64,000 nt of DNA from the NCBI RefSeq assembly GCF_003991155.1, contig NZ_CP031293.1, one strand, 5' to 3'. Under the pieces are notes generated by a model. The model did not search any database. It was not told where the DNA came from and saw only the letters and a program-made list of their open reading frames with translations. A program made the translations under genes and the position numbers. This DNA comes from Escherichia coli (GTDB taxonomy: Bacteria; Pseudomonadota; Gammaproteobacteria; Enterobacterales; Enterobacteriaceae). Shown one piece after another: positions 17,117-30,350 of the stretch; within the stretch, counting starts at the first letter, position 1; the number at the start of each line of letters is the position of its first letter.

Positions 17117-17398
17117 TTACCACTTTTGTTCAATTGCCCCCGCTTTCAGCAACTCCACATCCTTGCCGTTAATGGTTGCCGTTGCGGCAACGATTGTGGT
17201 CCTTACAGTTGCACAAGATTTTCGCTCAAATTCCGGTTTATAAAGAATTAGAGACGAATTACTGGTAAATGAATCAAATATGTAATCAGTAAAGCTAATA
17301 TTCAGCCGGTTTAAACCGAAAGGCGCGAAGCCAACCGTTTGGTTAATCTCCTTACCGGATGGGCTACGAATGCTGAATGTCACGCGAAGATTGGCCAC
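17117..17398 (-). CDS. Hypothetical small protein (93 aa), immediately downstream of the Sel1-repeat gene
   Basis: ORF MANLRVTFSIRSPSGKEINQTVGF...TVRTTIVAATATINGKDVELLKAGAIEQKW; no recognisable family; may be a gene fragment. Confidence 0.3.
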   Translation of the reverse strand: MANLRVTFSIRSPSGKEINQTVGFAPFGLNRLNISFTDYIFDSFTSNSSLILYKPEFERKSCATVRTTIVAATATINGKDVELLKAGAIEQKW

Positions 17399-17403
17399 TT
17401 CGC

Positions 17404-17961
17404 CTAATTTATTGGTGGTCCGGAAGACTTTCTGTCAATCATGTCTTTTCGACATGTAGCCAGAAAGTCTTCCGGACCACCATAAATGTGGACACCTTTA
17501 TCAAGATATTCCTTCGCTTTCTTACAATCTACCTCAACATACTGACCATTGGCGTACATCATGCCCAACCTGGACCATGCTAAATTCACACCGTATTGCG
17601 CGGCCTGATTAAATAGTGCATACGCTTTGGCATAATCCACCCGCACCAGCTCACCGTCGTAGTAGATACTCCCCAGCGCTAACGGAGCTTCTCTATCACC
17701 GTGTTTAACGGCTAACTCAAACCATTTAATCGCTTCCTGAACATCAGGTTTGGTATCAAAGCGAGGCTGATAATATTCCCAGCCTAACAGGCTCTGCGCG
17801 TCGACATCTCCCAATTCAGCCATTTTATGCAGTCTATTTATAACATCGGGCGCAGGTTGACCACCGTATATGCTGTCATACAATTCATGCGCTTTCTCGC
17901 TTGCCACCACGCATGGTGAAACTATTAGCATTAAAGAAAATAATATTCTTTTAGTTAACAT
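17404..17961 (-). CDS. Secreted Sel1-like repeat (TPR-like) protein
   Basis: ORF 17404..18021; probable start at the ATG at 17961 giving signal peptide MLTKRILFSLMLIVSPCVVA, followed by Sel1-type repeats (AQSLLGWEYYQ..., ALGSIYYDGELVRVDYAKAYALFNQAAQYG, AWSRLGMMYANGQYVEVDCKKAKEYLDKG). Confidence 0.65.
   Translation of the reverse strand: MLTKRILFSLMLIVSPCVVASEKAHELYDSIYGGQPAPDVINRLHKMAELGDVDAQSLLGWEYYQPRFDTKPDVQEAIKWFELAVKHGDREAPLALGSIYYDGELVRVDYAKAYALFNQAAQYGVNLAWSRLGMMYANGQYVEVDCKKAKEYLDKGVHIYGGPEDFLATCRKDMIDRKSSGPPIN
17415..17481. repeat. Nested perfect palindrome (21-bp inverted repeat around an inner 6-bp hairpin)
   Basis: ggtggtccggaagactttctg (17415-17435) and cagaaagtcttccggaccacc (17461-17481) are exact reverse complements; the 25-nt spacer contains catgtc-ttttc-gacatg. 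Confidence 0.85.
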
Positions 17962-18367
17962 GTATACCTTTATGTTCTCTCTGTCATATATTTCCATAAT
18001 AATTAACCACCAAACATCCATTTAATGAATAAATACAGTGCCATAAAGGCCCAAGTAATAAGCACACATTTAACCTGAAACATTATCATCGATGTCACCA
18101 AATCGTTTATTTAGTGAGATAAAAATAGCATGTTCGCAAGATAAAAAATGCACATAGCAATCAAGAAATAATATTATTACTTTTGATGTAAAACTATTTA
18201 GCTTTAAGAATAATTTTTTCAACATATAGAGCATTCATTTTATGAATGCAAAATAAACATGCCTGACACACAAACTATTCTCCTCTGTAATATTTTCTCA
18301 TTAACACTCTGTTTACCCAACATGCGCTCCGCACTACACTATGTGGGCATTTTTTTAAGAGGTGGTA

Positions 18368-19732
18368 ATGAACGATTATAAAATGACGCCAGGTGAGCGG
18401 CGCGCGACCTGGGGTTTAGGCACCGTTTTCTCGTTGCGCATGCTGGGCATGTTCATGGTTCTGCCGGTTCTGACCACGTACGGCATGGCTCTGCAAGGTG
18501 CCAGCGAAGCATTAATCGGTATTGCCATTGGTATTTATGGTCTGACTCAGGCCGTTTTTCAGATTCCGTTTGGCCTGCTTTCAGACCGCATTGGTCGCAA
18601 ACCATTAATTGTCGGTGGGCTGGCGGTGTTTGCCGCCGGTAGCGTTATTGCTGCGCTCTCCGACTCCATCTGGGGAATTATTCTGGGCCGGGCGTTACAA
18701 GGTTCTGGAGCGATTGCCGCTGCCGTTATGGCACTACTTTCTGATCTCACGCGCGAACAAAACCGCACCAAAGCGATGGCGTTTATCGGCGTGAGCTTTG
18801 GCATTACCTTTGCCATTGCGATGGTGCTTGGCCCGATCATCACTCACAAACTTGGACTGCACGCGCTGTTCTGGATGATCGCTATTCTGGCAACAACCGG
18901 CATTGCGTTGACCATTTGGGTTGTGCCCAACAGTAGCACTCACGTACTTAATCGTGAGTCCGGAATGGTGAAAGGCAGTTTCAGTAAAGTGCTGGCGGAA
19001 CCGCGGTTGCTGAAACTCAACTTTGGCATTATGTGTCTACACATGCTTCTGATGTCTACGTTTGTTGCCCTGCCCGGACAGCTGGCTGATGCGGGGTTCC
19101 CGGCGGCTGAACACTGGAAGGTCTATCTGGCGACGATGCTAATCGCCTTTGGCTCGGTCGTGCCTTTCATTATCTACGCTGAAGTTAAGCGCAAAATGAA
19201 GCAAGTCTTTGTCTTCTGCGTCGGATTGATCGTGGTTGCGGAAATTGTGTTGTGGAACGCACAAACGCAGTTCTGGCAACTGGTGGTCGGCGTGCAGCTT
19301 TTCTTTGTAGCGTTTAATTTGATGGAAGCCCTTCTGCCTTCACTTATCAGTAAAGAGTCGCCTGCAGGTTACAAAGGTACGGCGATGGGTGTTTACTCCA
19401 CCAGCCAGTTTCTTGGCGTGGCGATTGGCGGTTCGCTGGGCGGCTGGATTGACGGCATGTTTGACGGTCAGGGCGTATTTCTCGCTGGCGCAATGCTGGC
19501 CGCAGTGTGGCTGGCAGTCGCCAGTACCATGAAAGAACCGCCGTATGTCAGCAGCTTGCGCATTGAAATCCCGGCGGACATTGCCGCAAACGAAGCGTTA
19601 AAAGTACGTTTGCTGGAAACTGAAGGCGTCAAAGAAGTGTTGATTGCAGAAGAAGAACATTCAGCGTATGTGAAAATCGACAGCAAAGTGACGAATCGCT
19701 TTGAGGTTGAACAGGCAATTCGCCAGGCATAA
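18368..19732 (+). CDS. yajR: MFS transporter YajR
   Basis: ORF begins at GTG 18362; recognised N-terminus MNDYKMTPGERRATWGLGTVFSLRMLG starts at ATG 18368; 12-TM MFS protein with C-terminal soluble domain. Confidence 0.9.
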   Translation: MNDYKMTPGERRATWGLGTVFSLRMLGMFMVLPVLTTYGMALQGASEALIGIAIGIYGLTQAVFQIPFGLLSDRIGRKPLIVGGLAVFAAGSVIAALSDSIWGIILGRALQGSGAIAAAVMALLSDLTREQNRTKAMAFIGVSFGITFAIAMVLGPIITHKLGLHALFWMIAILATTGIALTIWVVPNSSTHVLNRESGMVKGSFSKVLAEPRLLKLNFGIMCLHMLLMSTFVALPGQLADAGFPAAEHWKVYLATMLIAFGSVVPFIIYAEVKRKMKQVFVFCVGLIVVAEIVLWNAQTQFWQLVVGVQLFFVAFNLMEALLPSLISKESPAGYKGTAMGVYSTSQFLGVAIGGSLGGWIDGMFDGQGVFLAGAMLAAVWLAVASTMKEPPYVSSLRIEIPADIAANEALKVRLLETEGVKEVLIAEEEHSAYVKIDSKVTNRFEVEQAIRQA

Positions 19733-19764
19733 AAGCGAGGCGAAATTGCCTGCTGCGCTACGCT

Positions 19765-19850
19765 TACCAGGCCTACAAAGTTCCTGAGTTACAAACCTTT
19801 GTAGGCCGAATCAGGCGTTCATGCCGCATCTGACATGAACAAAACGCACA
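19765..19850. repeat. REP/BIME-type extragenic palindromes between the convergent yajR and yajQ
   Basis: gcctacaaag...ctttgtaggc palindrome and a gccgaatcaggcgttcatgccgcatctgaca REP-like unit. Confidence 0.6.
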
Positions 19851-19859
19851 TTGTCGCGA

Positions 19860-20351
19860 TTAATCGCGGAAGTTTTTGAACTGGAACGGCTGACCGAGAT
19901 CGCCACCACGTACCATCGCCATGACAGCCTGCAAATCATCACGAGATTTACCCGTTACGCGGATCTCATCGCCCTGAATTTGCGCCTGCACTTTCAGTTT
20001 GCTGTCTTTGATCATTTTGACGATTTTCTTCTGAGTCGCGCTTTCAATGCCCTGTTTCAGTTTCGCTTCCACAAACCAGGTTTTACCGCTATGAACGATA
20101 TTTTCCGGTACATCCAGTGAACTGCCTTCAATGCCGCGCTTCAGCAACTTGGCACGCAGAATATCCAGCAACTGATTGACCTGGAAGTCGGACTCGCTCA
20201 ACACTTTGATAGTTTTGCTGGCGTCATTCAGCTCAAATGAGGCTTCAACGTTACGGAAGTCAAAACGGGACTCCACTTCGCGGCTCGCGTTATCGACCGC
20301 GTTACGTGCTTCCTGAAGATCAACTTCAGAGACAATATCGAAAGATGGCAT
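19860..20351 (-). CDS. yajQ: Nucleotide-binding protein YajQ (UPF0234)
   Basis: ORF 19860..20519; recognised protein [42 protein letters not shown] begins at 20351. Confidence 0.9.
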
Positions 20352-20429
20352 CTTTTCCTCTCCCTTCATTTTTGATGCGAAGCATAATACCTGCAAAGTT
20401 AAATAACCAACAGTCCTGCACCAGGACGT

Positions 20430-20475
20430 ATCCCTTAATTGTGCATAGTCGCAACAGCATGCACAATTAAGGGAT
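20430..20475. promoter_or_regulatory. 17-bp perfect inverted repeat in the divergent yajQ/panE promoter region
   Basis: atcccttaattgtgcat (20430-20446) - 12-nt spacer - atgcacaattaagggat (20459-20475), exact reverse complements. Confidence 0.5.
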
Positions 20476-20518
20476 AGCCTTATTGAACACCCGGAGTGGT
20501 TGCGGGTGAGGAGGAACA

Positions 20519-21983
<1,465 letters not shown>

Positions 21984-22036
21984 TGTCGGATGCGGTAAAC
22001 GTCGCATCCGACCAGATGCGACGTTACAACCACATA

Positions 22037-23485
22037 TTACGGGCGATACACCTTCACATTGTTAAAGCCCTGCTCGCGCAGATAGAGCGCCTGCAGGCGG
22101 CTCATCACCCCGCGCTCACACCACAACAGCCAGGTTTTGCTCTGGTCGAGATCGCCAAATTTGGTGCTCAGTTTATAGAACGGCAGAGAAACCACATCAA
22201 TCCCTTCGACTTTCAGTGGCTTATCTTCCTGTTCATCGATAGAACGGATATCGAGGATCACGTCGTTCGGGCCGAAGCCATTGACGGTTTCCACTTCCAC
22301 CACTTCCTGCTCGGTCTGCTGGGCGATTTCGCGGATATCAACGTTATTCGCTTCCTCAACCACTTTATCGAGAATGCTGAAGTCAAACTTCTCTTCTTCC
22401 GCTTCAATCTTCGATTTAACCGCTTTCACCGTCGGGCTTTTGGAAATCACGCCGCAATATTCCGGCATCGTGCGGGCAAAGTCTTCGGTGCCAATCTGGC
22501 GAGCCAGGTTGATGATGTGCTCTTTGTCGTAAGAGATCAGCGGACGCAGGATCAGCGTGTCGGAGACGTTATCAATCAGGCGCAGGTTGGTCAGCGTCTG
22601 GCTGGACACCTGGCCGAGCGCTTCACCGGTAACCAGCGCCTGAACGCCGTAACGTTCTGCCACTTTGGACGCGGCACGCACCATCATACGTTTGAGGATA
22701 ACGCCCATCTGACCGTCGTCGATTTTCTCGAGAATTTCCCCGACGACCGGTTCGAAATTAATAGCGACAAAACGCACGCGGTGGGAGCTGCCAAAGCGGT
22801 TCCACAGATAATGCGCTACCTGACGCACGCCAATTTCATGCGCCGCGCCGCCAAGGTTAAAGAAGCAGTAATGCACACGACATCCGCGACGCATCAACAT
22901 ATAACTGGAAACGCCGGAGTCGAAACCACCAGAAATGAGCGACAGCACATCTTCCTGGGTACCAATCGGGAAACCGCCAATACCTTCGTAGCGGCCTTTA
23001 ATCAGCAGAAGACGATCGTCTTCCACTTCCAGATGGACAGTCACATCCGGATTGGTCAACTTCACGCGCGCGGATTCAATATGCTGATTTAAACCGCCGC
23101 CGACGTAACGCTCCACATCAATCGAGCTAAAATCATGTTTGCCACGGCGCTTCACGCGCACGCAGAAGGTTTTGCCTTCCAGCTGATCGCGATACTGAAC
23201 CAACGCTTTCTCGAAAATATCGTGCATGTCGGTAAACGGCACGTCTTCGACTTCGAGAATATGGTGGATACCCGGAATACGGGTCAGGGCGTCGCGAATA
23301 GCCAGACGCTGGTTTTCATCTTTTGCGCGAACTTCGATGTTATCCCAGTGGCGGACGACAGCGAGCGTCTCATCATAGTGCTTTAAAACGTTACGAATGT
23401 TCCCGGTAAGGATTTTTATAAAGCGCAAGCGCACAGATTGGCTTTTGATGGTGATTTCCGGGAACAATTTAATGATAAACTTCAT
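22037..23485 (-). CDS. thiI: tRNA 4-thiouridine synthase / thiamine biosynthesis protein ThiI
   Basis: 482 aa [33 protein letters not shown]... with PP-loop SGGFDS and C-terminal rhodanese-like domain. Confidence 0.95.
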   Translation of the reverse strand: MKFIIKLFPEITIKSQSVRLRFIKILTGNIRNVLKHYDETLAVVRHWDNIEVRAKDENQRLAIRDALTRIPGIHHILEVEDVPFTDMHDIFEKALVQYRDQLEGKTFCVRVKRRGKHDFSSIDVERYVGGGLNQHIESARVKLTNPDVTVHLEVEDDRLLLIKGRYEGIGGFPIGTQEDVLSLISGGFDSGVSSYMLMRRGCRVHYCFFNLGGAAHEIGVRQVAHYLWNRFGSSHRVRFVAINFEPVVGEILEKIDDGQMGVILKRMMVRAASKVAERYGVQALVTGEALGQVSSQTLTNLRLIDNVSDTLILRPLISYDKEHIINLARQIGTEDFARTMPEYCGVISKSPTVKAVKSKIEAEEEKFDFSILDKVVEEANNVDIREIAQQTEQEVVEVETVNGFGPNDVILDIRSIDEQEDKPLKVEGIDVVSLPFYKLSTKFGDLDQSKTWLLWCERGVMSRLQALYLREQGFNNVKVYRP

Positions 23486-23690
23486 GGCGGCAATGGTTCG
23501 TTGGCAAGCCTTAAGCGACTTGTATAGGGAAAAATACAGCAGCCCACACCTGCGGCTGCATCCAGGCGCGGAAGTATACCACTAACATCGCTTTGCTGCG
23601 CACATCACCTTACCATTGCGCGTTATTTGCTATTTGCCCTGAGTCCGTTACCATGACGGGGCGAAAAATATTGAGAGTCAGACATTCATT

Positions 23691-23933
23691 ATGCCGAAGA
23701 AAAATGAGGCGCCCGCCAGCTTTGAAAAGGCGCTGAGCGAGCTGGAACAGATTGTAACCCGTCTGGAAAGTGGCGACCTGCCGCTGGAAGAGGCGCTGAA
23801 CGAGTTCGAACGCGGCGTGCAGCTGGCACGTCAGGGGCAGGCCAAATTACAACAAGCCGAACAGCGCGTACAAATTCTGCTGTCTGACAACGAAGACGCC
23901 TCTCTAACCCCTTTTACACCGGACAATGAGTAA
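23691..23933 (+). CDS. xseB: Exodeoxyribonuclease VII small subunit
   Basis: 80 aa [64 protein letters not shown]. Confidence 0.95.
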
Positions 23934-24832
23934 TGGACTTTCCGCAGCAACTCGAAGCCTGCGTTAAGCAGGCCAACCAGGCGCTGAGCCGTTTTATCGC
24001 CCCACTGCCCTTTCAGAACACTCCCGTGGTCGAAACCATGCAGTATGGCGCATTATTAGGTGGTAAGCGCCTGCGACCTTTCCTGGTTTATGCCACCGGT
24101 CATATGTTCGGCGTTAGCACAAACACGCTGGACGCACCCGCTGCCGCCGTTGAGTGTATCCACGCTTACTCATTAATTCATGATGATTTACCGGCGATGG
24201 ATGATGACGATCTGCGTCGCGGTTTGCCGACCTGCCATGTGAAGTTTGGCGAAGCGAACGCGATTCTCGCTGGCGATGCTTTACAAACGCTGGCGTTCTC
24301 GATTTTAAGCGATGCTGATATGCCGGAAGTGTCGGATCGCGACAGAATTTCGATGATTTCTGAACTGGCGAGCGCCAGCGGTATTGCCGGAATGTGCGGT
24401 GGTCAGGCATTAGATTTAGACGCGGAAGGCAAACACGTACCTCTGGAGGCGCTTGAGCGTATTCATCGTCATAAAACCGGCGCATTGATTCGCGCCGCCG
24501 TTCGCCTTGGTGCATTAAGCGCCGGAGATAAAGGACGTCGTGCTCTGCCAGTACTCGACAAGTACGCAGAGAGCATCGGCCTTGCCTTCCAGGTTCAGGA
24601 TGACATCCTGGATGTGGTGGGAGATACTGCAACGTTGGGAAAACGCCAGGGTGCCGACCAGCAACTTGGTAAAAGTACCTACCCTGCACTTCTGGGTCTT
24701 GAGCAAGCCCGGAAGAAAGCCCGGGATCTGATCGACGATGCCCGTCAGTCGCTGAAACAACTGGCTGAACAGTCACTCGATACCTCGGCACTGGAAGCGC
24801 TAGCGGACTACATCATCCAGCGTAATAAATAA
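23933..24832 (+). CDS. ispA: Farnesyl diphosphate synthase
   Basis: 299 aa; start overlaps xseB stop; prenyltransferase Asp-rich motifs (LIHDDLPAMDDDDLRRG, FQVQDDILD). Confidence 0.95.
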   Translation: MDFPQQLEACVKQANQALSRFIAPLPFQNTPVVETMQYGALLGGKRLRPFLVYATGHMFGVSTNTLDAPAAAVECIHAYSLIHDDLPAMDDDDLRRGLPTCHVKFGEANAILAGDALQTLAFSILSDADMPEVSDRDRISMISELASASGIAGMCGGQALDLDAEGKHVPLEALERIHRHKTGALIRAAVRLGALSAGDKGRRALPVLDKYAESIGLAFQVQDDILDVVGDTATLGKRQGADQQLGKSTYPALLGLEQARKKARDLIDDARQSLKQLAEQSLDTSALEALADYIIQRNK

Positions 24833-24856
24833 ACAATAAGTATTAATAGGCCCCTG

Positions 24857-26719
<1,863 letters not shown>

Positions 26720-26773
26720 TCCCTACTCCACTCCTGCTATGCTTAAGAAATTATTCATGGCAGGAGTGGCAGC

Positions 26774-27748
26774 ATGCAATACAACCCCTTAGGAAAAACC
26801 GACCTTCGCGTTTCCCGACTTTGCCTCGGCTGTATGACCTTTGGCGAGCCAGATCGCGGTAATCACGCATGGACACTGCCGGAAGAAAGCAGCCGTCCCA
26901 TCATTAAACGCGCGCTGGAAGGCGGCATAAATTTCTTTGATACCGCCAATAGCTATTCCGATGGCAGCAGCGAAGAGATCGTCGGTCGCGCACTGCGGGA
27001 TTTCGCCCGTCGTGAAGACGTGGTCGTTGCGACCAAAGTGTTCCATCGCGTTGGTGATTTACCGGAAGGATTATCCCGTGCACAAATTTTGCGCTCTATC
27101 GACGACAGCCTGCGCCGTCTCGGCATGGATTATGTCGATATCCTGCAAATTCATCGCTGGGATTACAACACGCCGATCGAAGAGACGCTGGAAGCCCTCA
27201 ACGACGTGGTAAAAGCCGGGAAAGCGCGTTATATCGGCGCGTCATCCATGCACGCTTCGCAGTTTGCTCAAGCACTGGAACTACAAAAACAGCACGGCTG
27301 GGCGCAGTTTGTCAGTATGCAGGATCACTACAATCTGATTTATCGTGAAGAAGAGCGCGAGATGCTGCCGCTGTGTTATCAGGAAGGCGTGGCGGTGATT
27401 CCATGGAGCCCGCTGGCGCGGGGCCGTCTGACGCGTCCTTGGGGAGAAACCACCGCACGGCTGGTGTCGGATGAAGTGGGGAAAAATCTCTACCAAGAAA
27501 GCGATGAAAATGACGCACAAATTGCAGAACGCTTAACGGGCGTCAGTGAAGAACTTGGTGCAACACGAGCACAAGTTGCGCTGGCCTGGTTGTTGAGTAA
27601 ACCGGGCATTGCCGCACCGATTATCGGAACTTCGCGGGAAGAACAGCTTGATGAGCTGCTGAACGCGGTGGATATCACTTTAAAGCCGGAACAGATTGCT
27701 GAACTGGAAACGCCGTATAAACCGCATCCGGTAGTAGGATTTAAATAG
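26774..27748 (+). CDS. yajO: Aldo-keto reductase YajO
   Basis: 324 aa MQYNPLGKTDLRVSRLCLGCMTFGEPDRGNHAWTLPEE..., AKR family. Confidence 0.9.
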   Translation: MQYNPLGKTDLRVSRLCLGCMTFGEPDRGNHAWTLPEESSRPIIKRALEGGINFFDTANSYSDGSSEEIVGRALRDFARREDVVVATKVFHRVGDLPEGLSRAQILRSIDDSLRRLGMDYVDILQIHRWDYNTPIEETLEALNDVVKAGKARYIGASSMHASQFAQALELQKQHGWAQFVSMQDHYNLIYREEEREMLPLCYQEGVAVIPWSPLARGRLTRPWGETTARLVSDEVGKNLYQESDENDAQIAERLTGVSEELGATRAQVALAWLLSKPGIAAPIIGTSREEQLDELLNAVDITLKPEQIAELETPYKPHPVVGFK

Positions 27749-27751
27749 GTA

Positions 27752-27800
27752 TGCAGGCCTGATGAGACGTGACAAGCGTCACATCAGGCATCGGTGCACA
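27752..27800. repeat. REP-like palindrome between the convergent yajO and pgpA
   Basis: gcctgatgagacgtgacaagcgtcacatcaggc, a long imperfect palindrome of the REP type. Confidence 0.6.
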
Positions 27801-27801
27801 A

Positions 27802-28320
27802 CTACGACAGAATACCCAGCGGCCAGTGATGTCCAATAAAGTACAGGATGCCTGCGGAAATCACCCCGGCGACAATATCGTCAATCATGATCCCCATGCC
27901 GCCATGTACATTGCGATCAAACCAACGGATCGGCCACGGCTTCCACATATCCAGAATACGGAAAATCACAAACCCGGCGGCAACCCACTGCCAGTCATTG
28001 GTCGGCAGCGCCATGAGCGTGATCCACATACCGATAAATTCGTCCCAGACAATGCTGCCGTGATCGTGCACACCCATGTCTTTCGCCGTTTGATGACAAA
28101 GATACACGCCGATACAGATCCCCAGCATCACCACCAGCGAATAGAGCTGCCAGGGCAAAAAAGTCATCAGATACCAGAACGGAATCGCTGCCAGCGATCC
28201 CATCGTGCCAGGAACGATTGGGCTTAATCCACTTCCGAATCCGACAGCAAGCAGATGCCACGGATTACTCATCTTCAGGCGACTTTTCGCGACATCTTTA
28301 TGGCGTGGCAAAATGGTCAT
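27802..28320 (-). CDS. pgpA: Phosphatidylglycerophosphatase A
   Basis: 172 aa [51 protein letters not shown]. Confidence 0.9.
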   Translation of the reverse strand: MTILPRHKDVAKSRLKMSNPWHLLAVGFGSGLSPIVPGTMGSLAAIPFWYLMTFLPWQLYSLVVMLGICIGVYLCHQTAKDMGVHDHGSIVWDEFIGMWITLMALPTNDWQWVAAGFVIFRILDMWKPWPIRWFDRNVHGGMGIMIDDIVAGVISAGILYFIGHHWPLGILS

Positions 28321-29275
28321 ATCCTTTCCAGTCTAACGTGACAGGTTCGCCGTCACGAATAAAACAAAGCCCTTCGATATCGGCGGTCATTTGCCCGATA
28401 CAGGTAAACGGTACGCCCAGGTGTCCGAGAGCCACATCCAGCGCGCCACGGTTCAGTTCCGGCACAGTGAAACACAACTCGTAATCTTCACCGCCAGAGA
28501 GCGCCCAGCGCAACGCCTGTTCAGGTTCAACATGGCGAGAAAGCGCATCAGAAAACGGCAGCAATGCCAGGTCAATACGTGCGCCGCAGTCGCTGGCTTT
28601 CACGATATGCCCGAGATCGGAAATCAGACCGTCAGAGAGATCGATAGCTGAATTTGCCAGATCGCGCAGTGCCTGCCCCTGTAAAATACGCGGCGATGGA
28701 CGGAGATGACGTTTGATCAAGTAGTCCGCATCTTTAGCATCGGCAACCTGCAAACGGTTTTGCAAAATCGCCAGCCCGGCGGCGCTATCGCCCGGTGTAC
28801 CGGTCACATAGATCCAGTCACCCGGTTTCGCCCCAGCGCGCGTTAAGGCTCGTCCCATCGGAACAAAGCCGTGGATACCCAGCGTCATTGATAATGGCCC
28901 ACGCGTGGTATCGCCGCCAATGAGTTGCATATCGTAATAATTGAGAAGATCAAACAAACTGTCGCTGAAGGACTCAAGCCACGCTTCGTCGACGTCCGGT
29001 AAGGTTAATGCCAGCGTCAGCCAGGCTGGATCGGCCCCCATCGCTGCCAGATCGCTTAGGTTCACCGCCAGTGCTTTATACGCCAGATCAGCAGGATCGA
29101 TATCAGGGAGGAAGTGGTTGCCCGCCACCAGCGTATCAGTGCTGATCGCCAGGGTCTGCTTCTCGGGGATATTGAGAAGTGCGCAATCGTCGCCGATGCC
29201 CAGTTCGACATCAAGACGAGAACTTCTTACACGGTCAAAATAACGGGCAATCAGGGAGAACTCGCCACATGCCAT
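28298..29275 (-). CDS. thiL: Thiamine-monophosphate kinase
   Basis: 325 aa [55 protein letters not shown]. Confidence 0.95.
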   Translation of the reverse strand: MACGEFSLIARYFDRVRSSRLDVELGIGDDCALLNIPEKQTLAISTDTLVAGNHFLPDIDPADLAYKALAVNLSDLAAMGADPAWLTLALTLPDVDEAWLESFSDSLFDLLNYYDMQLIGGDTTRGPLSMTLGIHGFVPMGRALTRAGAKPGDWIYVTGTPGDSAAGLAILQNRLQVADAKDADYLIKRHLRPSPRILQGQALRDLANSAIDLSDGLISDLGHIVKASDCGARIDLALLPFSDALSRHVEPEQALRWALSGGEDYELCFTVPELNRGALDVALGHLGVPFTCIGQMTADIEGLCFIRDGEPVTLDWKGYDHFATP

Positions 29276-29352
29276 ACGTTATGCCTCAGCAGGTAAAAAA
29301 GAAAAGGCCGGCGATCGCGGAACGGTCTTCCGTGAATCTACCGGCCTGGATA

Positions 29353-29772
29353 TCACTTTTTGTTAGGGCGAATCACAGGTGCTGCTTTATCGAGTACGCC
29401 GTTGACGAACTTATGGCTGTCTTCTGCGCCGAACGATTTCGCCAGTTCGATCGCTTCGTTAATGGCCACTTTGTATGGCACATCGCTACGTTTAGACAGC
29501 TCGTACAGCGCAATGCGCAGTACTGCTTTTTCTACCTGGCCCAGTTCTTCCAGCAGGCGGGACAGGTATGGCTTCATCAGTCCGTCGAGGTATGCGGTGT
29601 TAGTCGCCACCCCGGCCAGCAGCTCACGGAAGTACAGGACGTCAACGTCTTTTACATCCTGTTCAGCCAGGAACTGGTATTCAACATCAGCGATGTCGTT
29701 CTGGGACAACTGCCAGGAGTAGAGCGCCTGGACGGCACACTCACGAGCGCGGCGACGAGCAGCAGGTTTCAC
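29353..29772 (-). CDS. nusB: Transcription antitermination factor NusB
   Basis: 139 aa [55 protein letters not shown]. Confidence 0.95.
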
Positions 29773-29791
29773 GGATTTCCCCTTACTAATT

Positions 29792-30262
29792 TCAGGCCTT
29801 GATGGCTTTCAATACATTAATCATTTCAAGCGCGGTCAGTGCAGCTTCTGCACCTTTGTTGCCAGCTTTGGTGCCAGCACGTTCGATCGCTTGTTCAATG
29901 CTTTCAGTGGTCAGAACACCAAAAGCAACCGGAATTTCGCTGTCCTGGGCAACATGCGCCAGGCCGTTGCTTGCACCACCAGCGACATATTCAAAGTGGG
30001 CAGTGCCACCACGAATAACCGTACCCAGCGCAATCACCGCGTCGTATTTACCGGTTTTAGCCAGTGCACCCGCCGCCAGCGGCAGCTCATAGGCACCAGG
30101 CACCCAAACAACGGTAATGTTTTCATCTTTTACCTGACCGATACGTTTCAGTGCGTCAATTGCACCTTCCAGCAGGCTGTCATTGATAAAGTTGTTGAAA
30201 CGCGCGATGGTGATGGCGACGCGAGCGTCCGGGGTAGCAACGTTAGCTTCAATAATGTTCAT
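29792..30262 (-). CDS. ribH: 6,7-dimethyl-8-ribityllumazine synthase
   Basis: ORF 29792..30358; recognised protein [42 protein letters not shown] begins at 30262. Confidence 0.9.
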
Positions 30263-30350
30263 TTTCTTCCTTCGGGTTCGAGTATGGCCCCGCAGGGGGG
30301 CGGATTTTAGCATAATATTTCGTGCTCTGCTTCCCTTTCGAGCCGGGAGA

